Positions 54,171-63,466 are shown, counted from the first letter of the stretch. The stretch is 64,000 bases of DNA from an uncultured Pseudobdellovibrionaceae bacterium (GCA_964519985.1 CAZFMF010000013.1:7515-71514), one strand, 5' to 3'. The notes: generated from the sequence alone by a model not told the origin. Translations and numbers: made by a program.

Positions 54171-54964
54171 ATATCGGAAATACCCAGAGTTCCTTCGGCG
54201 CCTTCGACGGCGACAAACTCCTCTACCATTGGCGTATCGAAACCCGGGCGTCCCGCACGGCCGATGAATATGCGGCTTTGCTCTTGCCCCTGTTCCATCA
54301 ATTTGGAATCGAGGTCTCGAGTTGGGAAGGGGTGGCGGTTTGCTCTGTGGTTCCGGCGGTTGACGGTCAGGTCGTGGAATTTAGTCGCCGCTACTTGGAG
54401 CGTGAGCCCGTGCGCATTCACTCCGGCTTGCCACTAGGGTTCTCGATGAACCTTTCGACGCCGCATGAAGTCGGCGCCGATCGCCTAGTCAACGTGGCCT
54501 ACGCGATTCGCCGCCTACCGTTGCCATGCATCGTGGTGGATTTCGGCACCGCTACCACTTTTGATCTCATTTCCGAAGACAAGATCTATGAAGGCGGGGC
54601 GATCGCGCCCGGACTGTGGATGGGGGCGGAAGGCTTGGGCGGTCGCACGGCCAAGCTTCCCGTCATCGATCTCGAGTTTCCCACTCACGTAGTGGGCAAA
54701 AGTACGGTGGAGTGCATTCAAAGCGGTATTCTTTATGGATACTGCGCGCTGATCGATGGACTGCTCGATAAGATGGAGAGTGAAATCGGTCAGGAGTGCA
54801 CGGTCGCCCTGACCGGTGGTCTCTCCGGCCGCTTCGAATCGCGTCTCGCCCACCCCGTACGCATCCTCCCCGACCTCACCCTCGAAGGCATCCGCCTCAT
54901 CTATGAAGAAGTCGCCGGCAAAGACTTCGCGATGCGCCCGTTCTCCACCGAACCAATCCATTAA
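54155..54964 (+). CDS. coaX: type III pantothenate kinase
   Basis: LLAIDIGNTQSSFG, GADRLVN, VVDFGTATTFD motifs. GTG start. Confidence 0.9.
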   Translation: MLLAIDIGNTQSSFGAFDGDKLLYHWRIETRASRTADEYAALLLPLFHQFGIEVSSWEGVAVCSVVPAVDGQVVEFSRRYLEREPVRIHSGLPLGFSMNLSTPHEVGADRLVNVAYAIRRLPLPCIVVDFGTATTFDLISEDKIYEGGAIAPGLWMGAEGLGGRTAKLPVIDLEFPTHVVGKSTVECIQSGILYGYCALIDGLLDKMESEIGQECTVALTGGLSGRFESRLAHPVRILPDLTLEGIRLIYEEVAGKDFAMRPFSTEPIH

Positions 54965-54985
54965 AAGGTACCCACTTCCTTTCAG
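54962..54985 (+). repeat. second copy of the TAAAAGGTACCCACTTCCTTT element
   Basis: 21 nt identical to 24565-24585, again beginning at the TAA stop (of coaX). Followed by CAGGTG and a run of 8 T (weak terminator). Confidence 0.6.
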
Positions 54986-55176
54986 GTGTTTTTTTTCGAA
55001 GGGTCGACCGTGGATTGCCCCCGCGTCCGACGATGGGGGAGTTGCGCCCACCGCCGACCTCGATGTCTCAAAGGAGGAGGCCTTTTCTGTCTGAATACGT
55101 TTAAGGCGTTTTCAACTGTGGTGACCTTTTGCGTCCTGTCTGCGTTCCGACGGGCTTCACTTCTCTTTCAATCGCG

Positions 55177-55193
55177 TGGCACACCGCTTGCTC
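55177..55193 (+). promoter_or_regulatory. sigma-54 (-24/-12) promoter, TGGCAC-N5-TTGCTC
   Basis: CGCGTGGCACACCGCTTGCTCTT, intergenic, about 58 nt upstream of ATG 55249. Confidence 0.7.
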
Positions 55194-55248
55194 TTACTGC
55201 CGGTGTCCGAAGTGGTGTGCGGAAGTTATTTTTGAGGAAGTTGAAGCG

Positions 55249-55689
55249 ATGAAAAACTGGATGGGAATTGTCGCAGGTGTGGTTCTGGCCCTCGGCCTCG
55301 TGTCGAAAACGGCTAGCGCCGAAAGTTTTGGTAGCATGATGATGCCGCAACAAATTGGAACGGCGTCGATCGGCGTTTCGGTCGGCGTGTCGATTCCCCG
55401 GCCTCAACCCATGCCGATTCCGGCTTACCGGCCGAATTTCTCGGTTTGCGGCGTGAATCCTTGTGCCGGATACATGAATTACCCGATGCCGGTGGCTTAC
55501 GGTTCGCACGGCATGGTGGGTGGTTACGGCGGCGGATACGGTTACGGCTATGGTTACGGTTACCGTCCGATGAGCCGTTGTGGACACCGTCGCTGCATGC
55601 GCTACACGCGCTGCTGCAATCGTCGCGGTTATTTCCGACTCGGCATCCAGGCTCCCGGCTTTCGCTTGGGCCTTGCCATCGGACGCTAG
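55249..55689 (+). CDS. exported Gly/Tyr-rich, Cys-rich small protein (paralog of 3055..3414)
   Basis: Signal peptide MKNWMGIVAGVVLALGLVSKTASA, GGYGGGYGYGYGYGYRP core, basic Cys-rich tail CGHRRCMRYTRCCNRRGY. Confidence 0.7.
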   Translation: MKNWMGIVAGVVLALGLVSKTASAESFGSMMMPQQIGTASIGVSVGVSIPRPQPMPIPAYRPNFSVCGVNPCAGYMNYPMPVAYGSHGMVGGYGGGYGYGYGYGYRPMSRCGHRRCMRYTRCCNRRGYFRLGIQAPGFRLGLAIGR

Positions 55690-55728
55690 AGTCGCGGCGT
55701 ACGACGAAATCCAGTAAAACCTTTTCAA

Positions 55729-55762
55729 GCCGGGACCTTCTTAGGTTCCGGCTTTTGCTTTT
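55729..55762 (+). terminator. rho-independent terminator
   Basis: GCCGGGACC-TTCTTA-GGTTCCGGC followed by TTTTGCTTTT. Confidence 0.7.
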
Positions 55763-55795
55763 CCGGGCCGGAGTGTCTGTGTTAGTTTTCCGGCC

Positions 55796-56933
55796 ATGGA
55801 AAACGTTCCCGGCCTAGAAGTCCTTAGAAAACAAACTGAAGATCTCACGGGGCGCCTGCAGGCCCTGCGGGGGCGTCTTTGACGTCGACGCCAAGAAACG
55901 CCGCCTAGAAGAAATCGAAGCCCACTCCGCCCAAGAGTCTTTCTGGGGCGATGCCGCGCGCGCTAAGACCGTCCTGAAAGAAAAAAGCCTCATCGAAGGC
56001 CAGGTGAATGGCCTACTAGATTCGGAGCGCCGGCTCTCCGACGCGATCACCATGATTGAGCTCGTCGCCGAGGAGCCTAGCGAAGAAAACCTCTCGGACT
56101 TGCAGGTTGAGATTCAGTCCATTGCCCAGGACCTGCGCCGCATGGAACTGCAGGAAATGCTGAGCGGCCCGAACGATAAGAGCGACGCGATCGTGAGTAT
56201 TAATGCGGGAGCGGGTGGCACCGAGGCCCAGGATTGGGCGCAGATCCTCTTTCGCATGTACCTGCGCTACTGCGAACAACGCGGCTACAAGACCCAGATT
56301 GTCGACCAACAATCGGGCGAAGAGGCGGGCATCAAGTCCGCCACTTTTTTCGCGCGGGGAGAGTACGCATTCGGTTTCCTAAGCGCGGAAATCGGCGTGC
56401 ACCGGTTGGTGCGCATTTCCCCCTTTGATTCGAACGCGCGCCGTCACACCTCCTTCGCGTCCGTTTTTGTGTATCCGGATATTGAAGAGGAAATTGAGAT
56501 CACGGTTGAAGACAAAGACCTACGGGTCGACACCTATCGCGCCGGCGGCGCGGGCGGACAGAAGGTGAACAAGACCGACTCCGCGGTACGCTTAACCCAC
56601 TTGCCGACCGGCATCGTGGTGACCTGTCAGAACGAGCGCTCGCAGCACCAAAACCGCGCGATGGCGATGAAGATTTTGAAAGCGCGTTTGTACGAGCGGG
56701 AATTAGAAATCAAACGCCAGCAACAAGCGGCGGTGGAAGACTCCAAGTCGGATATCGCTTGGGGCAGTCAAATCCGCTCGTACGTCTTGCACCCCTATCA
56801 GATGATTAAGGACCACCGCACCGATTTTGAAACGGCGGACGTGAACCCGGTACTGGATGGGAAGCTCCAGGGATTCGTGGAGAATTACTTGATGTCGAAA
56901 AAAACCGGGAGTGGCGCGAAGGAGAGCAAATGA
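55796..56933 (+). CDS. prfB: peptide chain release factor 2, requires programmed +1 frameshift at 55880
   Basis: Frame 1: MENVPGLEVLRKQTEDLTGRLQALRGRL then TGA. The +1 frame continues DVDAKKRRLEEIEAHSAQESFWGD... into ORF 56004..56933, which carries SPF and GGQ motifs. Confidence 0.9.
55868..55883 (+). promoter_or_regulatory. RF2 autoregulatory frameshift site
   Basis: CGG GGG CGT CTT TGA C: an internal SD-like GGGGG three nt before the slippery CTT followed by the weak stop context TGA C, as in E. coli prfB. Confidence 0.85.
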
Positions 56934-57739
56934 CCTTCTTGATCAGCAACGACGACGGCATCGAGTCCAAAGGGATTCACCTTCTGGCGCAAGCGTTCCG
57001 GGAGCTGGGGGAAGTGATCGTCGTGGCGCCCCACCGGGAACGCAGCACCGCGGGGCATAGTCTGACTCTGCACAAGCCTTTGCGTATCCGCAAAGTCGGC
57101 GAGGGGATGTACTCCGCTTCGGGCTCGCCGGCGGATTGTATCTATCTGGGCGTTCGCCAAATTCTCGGCCGCAACCCGGATTTCATTCTTTCCGGAATTA
57201 ACAACGGTGCGAACCTCGGGACCGATGTGCACTATTCCGGCACGGTCGCCGCCGCGCGGGAAGGGGCGCTGTTGAATGTCCCGAGTTACGCCTTCTCATT
57301 GGTGGAGAGTCCCCACGATCACGCCAAGGAACTGCGCCCCGGACTGAACTTTGAAGTCGCATCCGTGATCGCGCGCCGCGTTTTCCTGGCGACGCGCAAT
57401 CTCCAGTTCCCGAAGCACACCCTTTTAAATGTGAATATTCCCAATCGCCCCCGCGTCGAAGACGTCGGGGAGCTCGTCACAACTCGCCAGGGGATGCGTT
57501 ATTACACCAACGAGGTCACCAAGCGAGTCGATCCGCGCGGGAAGGAATACTTCTGGTTAGGCGGCGCGTACGCGGGGTTTGAGCAAGACGCGCTGTCCGA
57601 TTGCACCGCATTGGAGCAGGGAAAAGTCGCGGTGACGCCCATTACCATCGACTGCACCCATAATGCGTTTTATGCGACACTGAAGGAATGCCGTTTTTCG
57701 TCACTGCAGGAAGAAAAGAGTTTAGGAAAAGCTGAGTAG
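56930..57739 (+). CDS. surE: 5'/3'-nucleotidase SurE
   Basis: FLISNDDGIESKGI...VVAPHRERS...GINNGANLG. Its ATG overlaps the prfB stop (ATGA). Confidence 0.9.
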   Translation: MTFLISNDDGIESKGIHLLAQAFRELGEVIVVAPHRERSTAGHSLTLHKPLRIRKVGEGMYSASGSPADCIYLGVRQILGRNPDFILSGINNGANLGTDVHYSGTVAAAREGALLNVPSYAFSLVESPHDHAKELRPGLNFEVASVIARRVFLATRNLQFPKHTLLNVNIPNRPRVEDVGELVTTRQGMRYYTNEVTKRVDPRGKEYFWLGGAYAGFEQDALSDCTALEQGKVAVTPITIDCTHNAFYATLKECRFSSLQEEKSLGKAE

Positions 57740-57829
57740 TTCCGATGAAATAGGAGATACTCAGGCAGCACCCCGGGATTGACTCCAACTTAGGACTCGA
57801 CTATGTTGCGCCCTTTAAAGCCAAATCAC

Positions 57830-58522
57830 ATGAAGCAGTTTGCAGGGATTTTGTTGAGCCTCCTGCTCGTGTCTTGCACGGGCCTTCAGTCGCGGTACCA
57901 CACGGTGGAAGCCGGCGACTCGTTGAAGAAGCTCGCCCGCCAATTCGATGTGCCCGAGTCGGAAATCGAACGGCACAATCAAGATTTACTGGCCGGCGGT
58001 TTGAAGCCGGGCACTAAGATTTTTGTCCCCTTTGAATCCAATCCCCAATGGGATGCCGAATACTACGAAGCCCCGACGCGGGAAGTGGCGGAAGCTTCGG
58101 CCCGAGATGCGCTCCGTATCCCTTTCATTTGGCCCGTGCGCGGCCCAATCAGTTCTCAATTTGGAAAGCGCTTCATGCGTGGACGCGGCAATCACTTTCA
58201 TGAAGGAATCGATATCGCGGCTCGCAAAGGCACGCCGGTGAAGGCGGCGCGCAGTGGGCACATCGTCTATGCCGGCAATCGGATTTCGGGTTACGGCAAT
58301 ATGATCATTGTTCAGCATGCGGATAAGTATTCGACCGTTTACGCGCATCTGACCAAGATGACGGGTAAGAAGGGGCAGTACGTTGCCCGCGGACAGCAGG
58401 TGGGAACGGTTGGGCGGACGGGGCGCTCGACCGGGTATCATCTGCATTTTGAAGTGCGCGCCCAGCGGCAGCCCGTCGACCCGGTACCCTTCATGTTCCG
58501 TCAATACGCGCGCAATCCCTAA
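57830..58522 (+). CDS. LysM domain / M23 family metallopeptidase lipoprotein (NlpD-like)
   Basis: Lipobox LLLVSC, LysM YHTVEAGDSLKKLARQFDV, M23 HEGIDIAA...GYHLHFEV. Confidence 0.85.
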   Translation: MKQFAGILLSLLLVSCTGLQSRYHTVEAGDSLKKLARQFDVPESEIERHNQDLLAGGLKPGTKIFVPFESNPQWDAEYYEAPTREVAEASARDALRIPFIWPVRGPISSQFGKRFMRGRGNHFHEGIDIAARKGTPVKAARSGHIVYAGNRISGYGNMIIVQHADKYSTVYAHLTKMTGKKGQYVARGQQVGTVGRTGRSTGYHLHFEVRAQRQPVDPVPFMFRQYARNP

Positions 58523-58606
58523 TCACTTGTAGATGGTTGAAAACATTCCTATAATAATAATGAAGCGTGGTTCTCTCGCGCGCCTTACCATCATAGGGAG
58601 ACTTTC

Positions 58607-58960
58607 ATGACGTTGACCAAGGCAGAGCTCATCGAGTCGGTGTACGAGAAGGTCGGTTTCTCTAAAAAAGAAGCCGCCGACCTGGTCGAGCTGGTCTTCG
58701 AGAGCATGAAAGAGGAACTCTGCAAGGGTGGTTCTATCAAGATCTCGGGCTTCGGCAAGTTTCGTGTTCGAGCCAAGAAAGCCCGTATGGGTCGTAACCC
58801 ACAAACTGGCGACGCGATGACCATTTCGGCCCGCAAAGTTTTGACCTTCACTCCGAGCCGCATCCTACGCGATGGGATCAACGGCAAACTCGTCAGTCTT
58901 CCCAGCGCCCAGGGCGACAACGAAGATGACGACGATGATTCCGACGAAGATCAGGCGTAA
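58607..58960 (+). CDS. ihfA: integration host factor alpha-like (HU/IHF family) with poly-acidic C-terminal tail
   Basis: LTKAELIESVYEKVGFSKKEAADLVELVFE...GFGKFRVRAKKARMGRNPQTGDAMTISARKVLTFTPS. The tail is GDNEDDDDDSDEDQA. Confidence 0.85.
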   Translation: MTLTKAELIESVYEKVGFSKKEAADLVELVFESMKEELCKGGSIKISGFGKFRVRAKKARMGRNPQTGDAMTISARKVLTFTPSRILRDGINGKLVSLPSAQGDNEDDDDDSDEDQA

Positions 58961-59063
58961 TCCGCGGTCATTGCTATTTTGCGGCCCGAGCGAGATAATT
59001 TAGATCGGCGTTCCGCTTTTCTCACCGCGGTCTCATTCCATCCCAACTTATTCAGGAGGTCCC

Positions 59064-59672
59064 ATGAAGGGACAGCTTCGGTTCTATTCCGTCGTTATCT
59101 TGGTGTGCCTTTTTGCCCGACCCGCCTCGGCGGCACTGGACGGCGTGTCACGCATTGGCGCCGATATCAAACTTTTCCGCTCGGCCAGTTCGACGGTGAT
59201 GTTGTACGGATGGCGCTTTCTCTACAACCCGAGTGAAGCGTTTTCCATTGGTGGGGCCGGGTTCACGGGGCAGATGACCGGTTCATCCACCGGCAGCTAC
59301 AGTTACGGCGGTCTTTCGGCCGCGTTCAACTTGTCTTTAACTCACACCACGCGTCTGGAGTTTGGTTTGATCGCGGGTGGGGGCGGAGGTTTCGATAGTA
59401 GTAACAATCAATCGGGCGGCATCGTAGTCGAGCCGACGTTGGCCGTGGCATTCGGGCTCGGCAAAAACGTTGGAGCCGCGCTACAGGGGGGATTCTTGTG
59501 GATGCCCACCGCGTCGGCTTTCACCGGGTTCACGGTAGGACTGCGTTTTGAGTTCTTCGCCGATCGGGCGCCGACCGCTCCGCTGCCGGGCGTGAACGCA
59601 GTGGCCCGGCCCGTCACCCCGGTTCTGCCGGCTACCAATCCCAGTCCCATCGCGAATCCAAACAATCAGTAA
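59064..59672 (+). CDS. exported small beta-barrel-like protein with Pro-rich tail
   Basis: Signal peptide ...LFARPASA. Gly/aromatic alternating strands (FTVGLRFEFF). Confidence 0.55.
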   Translation: MKGQLRFYSVVILVCLFARPASAALDGVSRIGADIKLFRSASSTVMLYGWRFLYNPSEAFSIGGAGFTGQMTGSSTGSYSYGGLSAAFNLSLTHTTRLEFGLIAGGGGGFDSSNNQSGGIVVEPTLAVAFGLGKNVGAALQGGFLWMPTASAFTGFTVGLRFEFFADRAPTAPLPGVNAVARPVTPVLPATNPSPIANPNNQ

Positions 59673-60670
59673 GTGTTTTTGAGCGGGGAGGGGAAAAGCG
59701 GGGTCGCTTCGGCGATTCCCGATTCCTCGGACTGCGCCACGAAGTATGCGGCCGCGCCCTGCTTTCGCGCCAGGGGAATCGCTTCCACCTTACCCACCGC
59801 AAAAAGTCCTTCCGCCATGGCCTGCGCTCGCAGCGCCGAAAGATCCATCACCGTGACATTTAGGAGATCGGTCACCAGGGGTTTGCCGGAGCGCGGATCG
59901 ACCGAGCGCACAACCTGCGTGCCGCCGTCCGGCAAGGATACCGAAGCGGCCGCACGATTCTCCATCGGTACCATTTCATTGGTGAGGTGTAGCGGCGTCT
60001 GCGATCCCATCACCGGGCGTTGATAACTGTAGGGCCAGAATTCGCCCATGGCATTGCTGCCGGCCGCGCGCACCACGTTCGCCGATTTGATCCGAAAATT
60101 CTCAATCCCTTTGCGTTTCAGCATTTCGGCGGCTTCGTCGACCGCGAACGCATTCGCCAATAGCCCAAGGTTCACGATGACGCCACGCCGCGATTTCTTC
60201 AACGCGAGCGGATCTTGTCGCGCCTCTACATAATAGTGGCCCACTTTCTGTTTTGCGGTCGCAATCAGCTGCGGACTGGGCTCTTTGGTTCCACCCTTGG
60301 TGTAAAGGTCCAACAATGTCCCCGACGTGGGATCCCAGGCGCCTTGCGTGAGTTTAGCCACGCGCAGGGCCTCGTCTACAGCCAGCACCAGCGAGCGCGA
60401 CGCGGGCACCCAAGCCAGGCGTTCGCTGCGGTTGAATCGCGAAATCTCGGATTCCTTGTCCGCCGCGTTGACGACGCTTTCCGATTGGCGAAACGACTCA
60501 TCGAGCCATTTCTCAATTTCACCCAGCGGCAGTCGCTTTGTCCCGGCGAAGACTCTGACCTCGTAAGCCATTCCGAAGGCGGTGCCGGTGTAAATTCGCT
60601 CCCGCGAAGTCGTGCAAGCACAGAGAAAAATCCACGGGAACGTCACGAGCGCGAGACGAAGCGTTGTCAT
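59666..60670 (-). CDS. apbE: FAD:protein FMN transferase (ApbE family) lipoprotein
   Basis: Lipobox IFLCAC, GTAFGMAYEV, and overall ApbE pattern (GAWDPTSG, IVNLGL). Confidence 0.8.
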   Translation of the reverse strand: MTTLRLALVTFPWIFLCACTTSRERIYTGTAFGMAYEVRVFAGTKRLPLGEIEKWLDESFRQSESVVNAADKESEISRFNRSERLAWVPASRSLVLAVDEALRVAKLTQGAWDPTSGTLLDLYTKGGTKEPSPQLIATAKQKVGHYYVEARQDPLALKKSRRGVIVNLGLLANAFAVDEAAEMLKRKGIENFRIKSANVVRAAGSNAMGEFWPYSYQRPVMGSQTPLHLTNEMVPMENRAAASVSLPDGGTQVVRSVDPRSGKPLVTDLLNVTVMDLSALRAQAMAEGLFAVGKVEAIPLARKQGAAAYFVAQSEESGIAEATPLFPSPLKNTY

Positions 60671-62363
60671 GGTGAATCTATTCTCGCATCTGCTAAACTC
60701 CGTCGCAATGCTGAGCGCCTTTCATTTTATTTTCGTGTGGTGCGCCGGGTCATTCGTCACGGTGGACGCGCTCGCCGCGAGCGTTCCCCTTTTGATCGCG
60801 CCGAAAATTTTCAACGCCGAAGTGGATACCGCCCGACGGGAGTCCGTCTTGCGCGGAGACTCTTCCGGCGTCGGTCAGTTGGAGTCCGCCGCGTGGCTAA
60901 GCGCACTGGGAGGGCTCGAAGCGGAGGCGGGGCGCCCGCATGCCGCCCGCGCAGCGTGGCGCCGTCTCAACGCACTCTGCGACGAATGGCGAGGACTGCA
61001 CTACAAGCAGTTCCAGGGCAGCGACGGGGGGCGCGCGGCGGCGCTGTGTCTTCAAGCCGCGGCGGAGATTTCGGCTCAGGACAGTTTTCCCATTCGCTGG
61101 GGGCTCGGAAAGCAAATTCAAGGCGACTGGCTGGCATTTCAGACGGCGGATCTCGAAGAAGCGGAGCGGCTCAGTCTCACGGGTCGCATTCGCACTTCAC
61201 TATCCCCCGCTTATGGACAGGATTTCCGCGCGGCGCTGGTGGCCTTGCGGATCTTGGAACGTTTGGCGCCCGCGACGCCGGCGACCGCGTATTGGATCGG
61301 CAAGGCGCTCGAGCGACAAGGCAACACGCCCATGGCGGAAGAGGCCTTTGCCCAAGCACTGGCCTCGACCCCACCCGATCCCCGTGCCGGCGCGCGGGCT
61401 CGGCGCATGGCCCTGGGTGATGACGACGAGCCCACGTATGGTTGGACGCCCTATTTGTTTACGTCACCGGCCCGCGGATTTGGGGGCGGCGCACTGCTTT
61501 GGGATGATCGCATCGCGGACACGCGTCGCGCCTACCGCCTCGATGCGTTCTTGAGTAGCCGGGGGAACTACTTCGCCAGCGCGAAAATCGGTGATTCGGC
61601 GACCCTCGCGCCGTTGCAGCTTCAACTCGGCGGGAGCTTCGGGTACCGAAAGTGGGACTACTTTGGCGCCGGAATGGTGGCGGCGCCGGTCCAAACGTTC
61701 GGGGTCACCGCCGCTCATGCGGAACTGGAAATCGGCTCGCCGGCGTACTACGGCTGGCGCCTTTCCGGCGTAGGAGTCCTGCGGCACGTGGATGCGGCGG
61801 GGACCGCACCACTCTCGTTCGAAGGCAGTCAGGGCTTCGGCCATGTTTTGGAGTGGGATGCGACCGATCGTCGGCAGAGCCCACGCCGGGGCGTGCGGAT
61901 CGGGTGGCGCCAGGAGTACCTTTGGACGAAGGCGAGCCAGCTCTTTTTTTCCAGGTCGCTTTTCGAGGCCGAATTTCATTGGCCCATTGCGCTGCGCCAC
62001 CGCCTTTCCCTGCAAGCCGCTTTGGGAATCACCTCGGCTTTTCCCGCGCTGATCAATGGAAACTTTGATCCCGCGACATTGGGGGCGCCGGGCATTCGGG
62101 AGTTTCGTTACCAAAGTGCGGCGATGGCGGCGAGTTGGATCCGGTACCGTTTTCGCCTTTTGAACTGGTTGGGGGCGGGACTCTTTGGGGCGGCGGCGGC
62201 CGCCGATACCTTGGTTTCCAATTTACCGAACCAAGTGAAGCTGGGTGGGGGAATTGATTTTGATTTCGTTTTGGCTCGTTCCCCCCAATTCACGCCGCGT
62301 TGGGAAATGGGCGTCTTCAACGGCGAATGGATTTTCCAAGGGGGCTTTCGCGCCGGGCTTTAG
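60669..62363 (+). CDS. exported protein with N-terminal TPR-like region and C-terminal Omp85/surface-antigen-like beta-barrel (tentative)
   Basis: Hydrophobic N-terminus. The C-terminal Gly/aromatic strand pattern (GGGIDFDFVL...WIFQGGFRAGL) resembles the D15 barrel end. The start is uncertain (60669 or 60708). Confidence 0.45.
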   Translation: MVNLFSHLLNSVAMLSAFHFIFVWCAGSFVTVDALAASVPLLIAPKIFNAEVDTARRESVLRGDSSGVGQLESAAWLSALGGLEAEAGRPHAARAAWRRLNALCDEWRGLHYKQFQGSDGGRAAALCLQAAAEISAQDSFPIRWGLGKQIQGDWLAFQTADLEEAERLSLTGRIRTSLSPAYGQDFRAALVALRILERLAPATPATAYWIGKALERQGNTPMAEEAFAQALASTPPDPRAGARARRMALGDDDEPTYGWTPYLFTSPARGFGGGALLWDDRIADTRRAYRLDAFLSSRGNYFASAKIGDSATLAPLQLQLGGSFGYRKWDYFGAGMVAAPVQTFGVTAAHAELEIGSPAYYGWRLSGVGVLRHVDAAGTAPLSFEGSQGFGHVLEWDATDRRQSPRRGVRIGWRQEYLWTKASQLFFSRSLFEAEFHWPIALRHRLSLQAALGITSAFPALINGNFDPATLGAPGIREFRYQSAAMAASWIRYRFRLLNWLGAGLFGAAAAADTLVSNLPNQVKLGGGIDFDFVLARSPQFTPRWEMGVFNGEWIFQGGFRAGL

Positions 62364-63466
62364 AGCTGAAGACCTTTGCGGATATTTTCGTGCTGGTCCT
62401 TGGCGTCTTTGTAGCCGAGCTCTAAAAGCGCGCGGATATAGCCAGGGCTAAAGAGGAGATAACTGAGTAAGTCACCCGAGTCCTCCGCGCCCGAGCCGGA
62501 GCTAATGAGCTGGCGGAAGTGAAAGGGCGCTTCCTTGCGGAAGAGCGGGGCGATCGCCGCCGGATCCTGACTGGGGCGAATGAGGAACGGATAGACTTTC
62601 CGATCTTCGGCAGTTTGAAATTTGTTAATGCGGCTCACGTTCTCGAAGTCCTGCTCGACGCTATCCAAGAAAATGGAGTTCAAGATCGCGCCCGCCACAA
62701 ACCCCATTCCGACATTCTCGGGGTTATGGGTTGCCGGCGGATCTTCGGCCTTCTTGGGGCGGATGCTCACCGCCAATAAATGCGTCGCGCCCAGACGTAG
62801 GGCGGGACTAAACGGAAAGTTGAAGCGCAAGGAGCCATCGCCGAAGAGCGAATGCCCGATGCGAATCGGTGGAAACAAAATCGGGATCGAGCACGAGGCC
62901 ATAATGTGACGCGCGCGGATACTCGTCCGCTCGGAACGGCGCTGTTCCCGCGACCACGCGGGAATCGGGTGGTGGGAGTCGTAGAATATGGTGGCGCAAC
63001 CGTTGTTGTAGTTGGTGGCGGTGACGGAAACGCCGTCGATGAGCCCCAGTTGAACGGCCTTCGAGATTTTCCAGAAATGGATGTTGTTGAGTAGCGTCAT
63101 CGCGAGCGGGCTGGCATCGAGCAGGGATTTGAGTAGCAAGCGGCGAGTGATCTTTGAAACAAACATGTCGTACATCCATCGCATGCCCATGGATGCGATC
63201 GAGCGAAAGTTCGTGCGAAAGACTTGGTCGAACGACAGTTGTTCCCAGAGTTTGTAGAGCTGGGCCGCGGCATCGGGAAACGGTTCCCCCTGGGCGAGAT
63301 AACAGGCGTTGATGCTGCCGGCCGAGATCCCACTGAAAATGCGGGGTTTGAACTCCGGAAAATGCTCTGCGACATAGCGCAGAACCCCGGCCTGAAAGGC
63401 GGCGCGGGCACTGCCGGCGGCAAGCACGAGCGCGTACTTTTTTACGGACGGATTTTCGGGGGGCAT
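62360..63466 (-). CDS. patatin-like phospholipase
   Basis: Oxyanion AAGSARAAFQAG, nucleophile elbow GISAG, catalytic Asp motif FGDGSL. No signal peptide. Confidence 0.85.
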   Translation of the reverse strand: MPPENPSVKKYALVLAAGSARAAFQAGVLRYVAEHFPEFKPRIFSGISAGSINACYLAQGEPFPDAAAQLYKLWEQLSFDQVFRTNFRSIASMGMRWMYDMFVSKITRRLLLKSLLDASPLAMTLLNNIHFWKISKAVQLGLIDGVSVTATNYNNGCATIFYDSHHPIPAWSREQRRSERTSIRARHIMASCSIPILFPPIRIGHSLFGDGSLRFNFPFSPALRLGATHLLAVSIRPKKAEDPPATHNPENVGMGFVAGAILNSIFLDSVEQDFENVSRINKFQTAEDRKVYPFLIRPSQDPAAIAPLFRKEAPFHFRQLISSGSGAEDSGDLLSYLLFSPGYIRALLELGYKDAKDQHENIRKGLQL

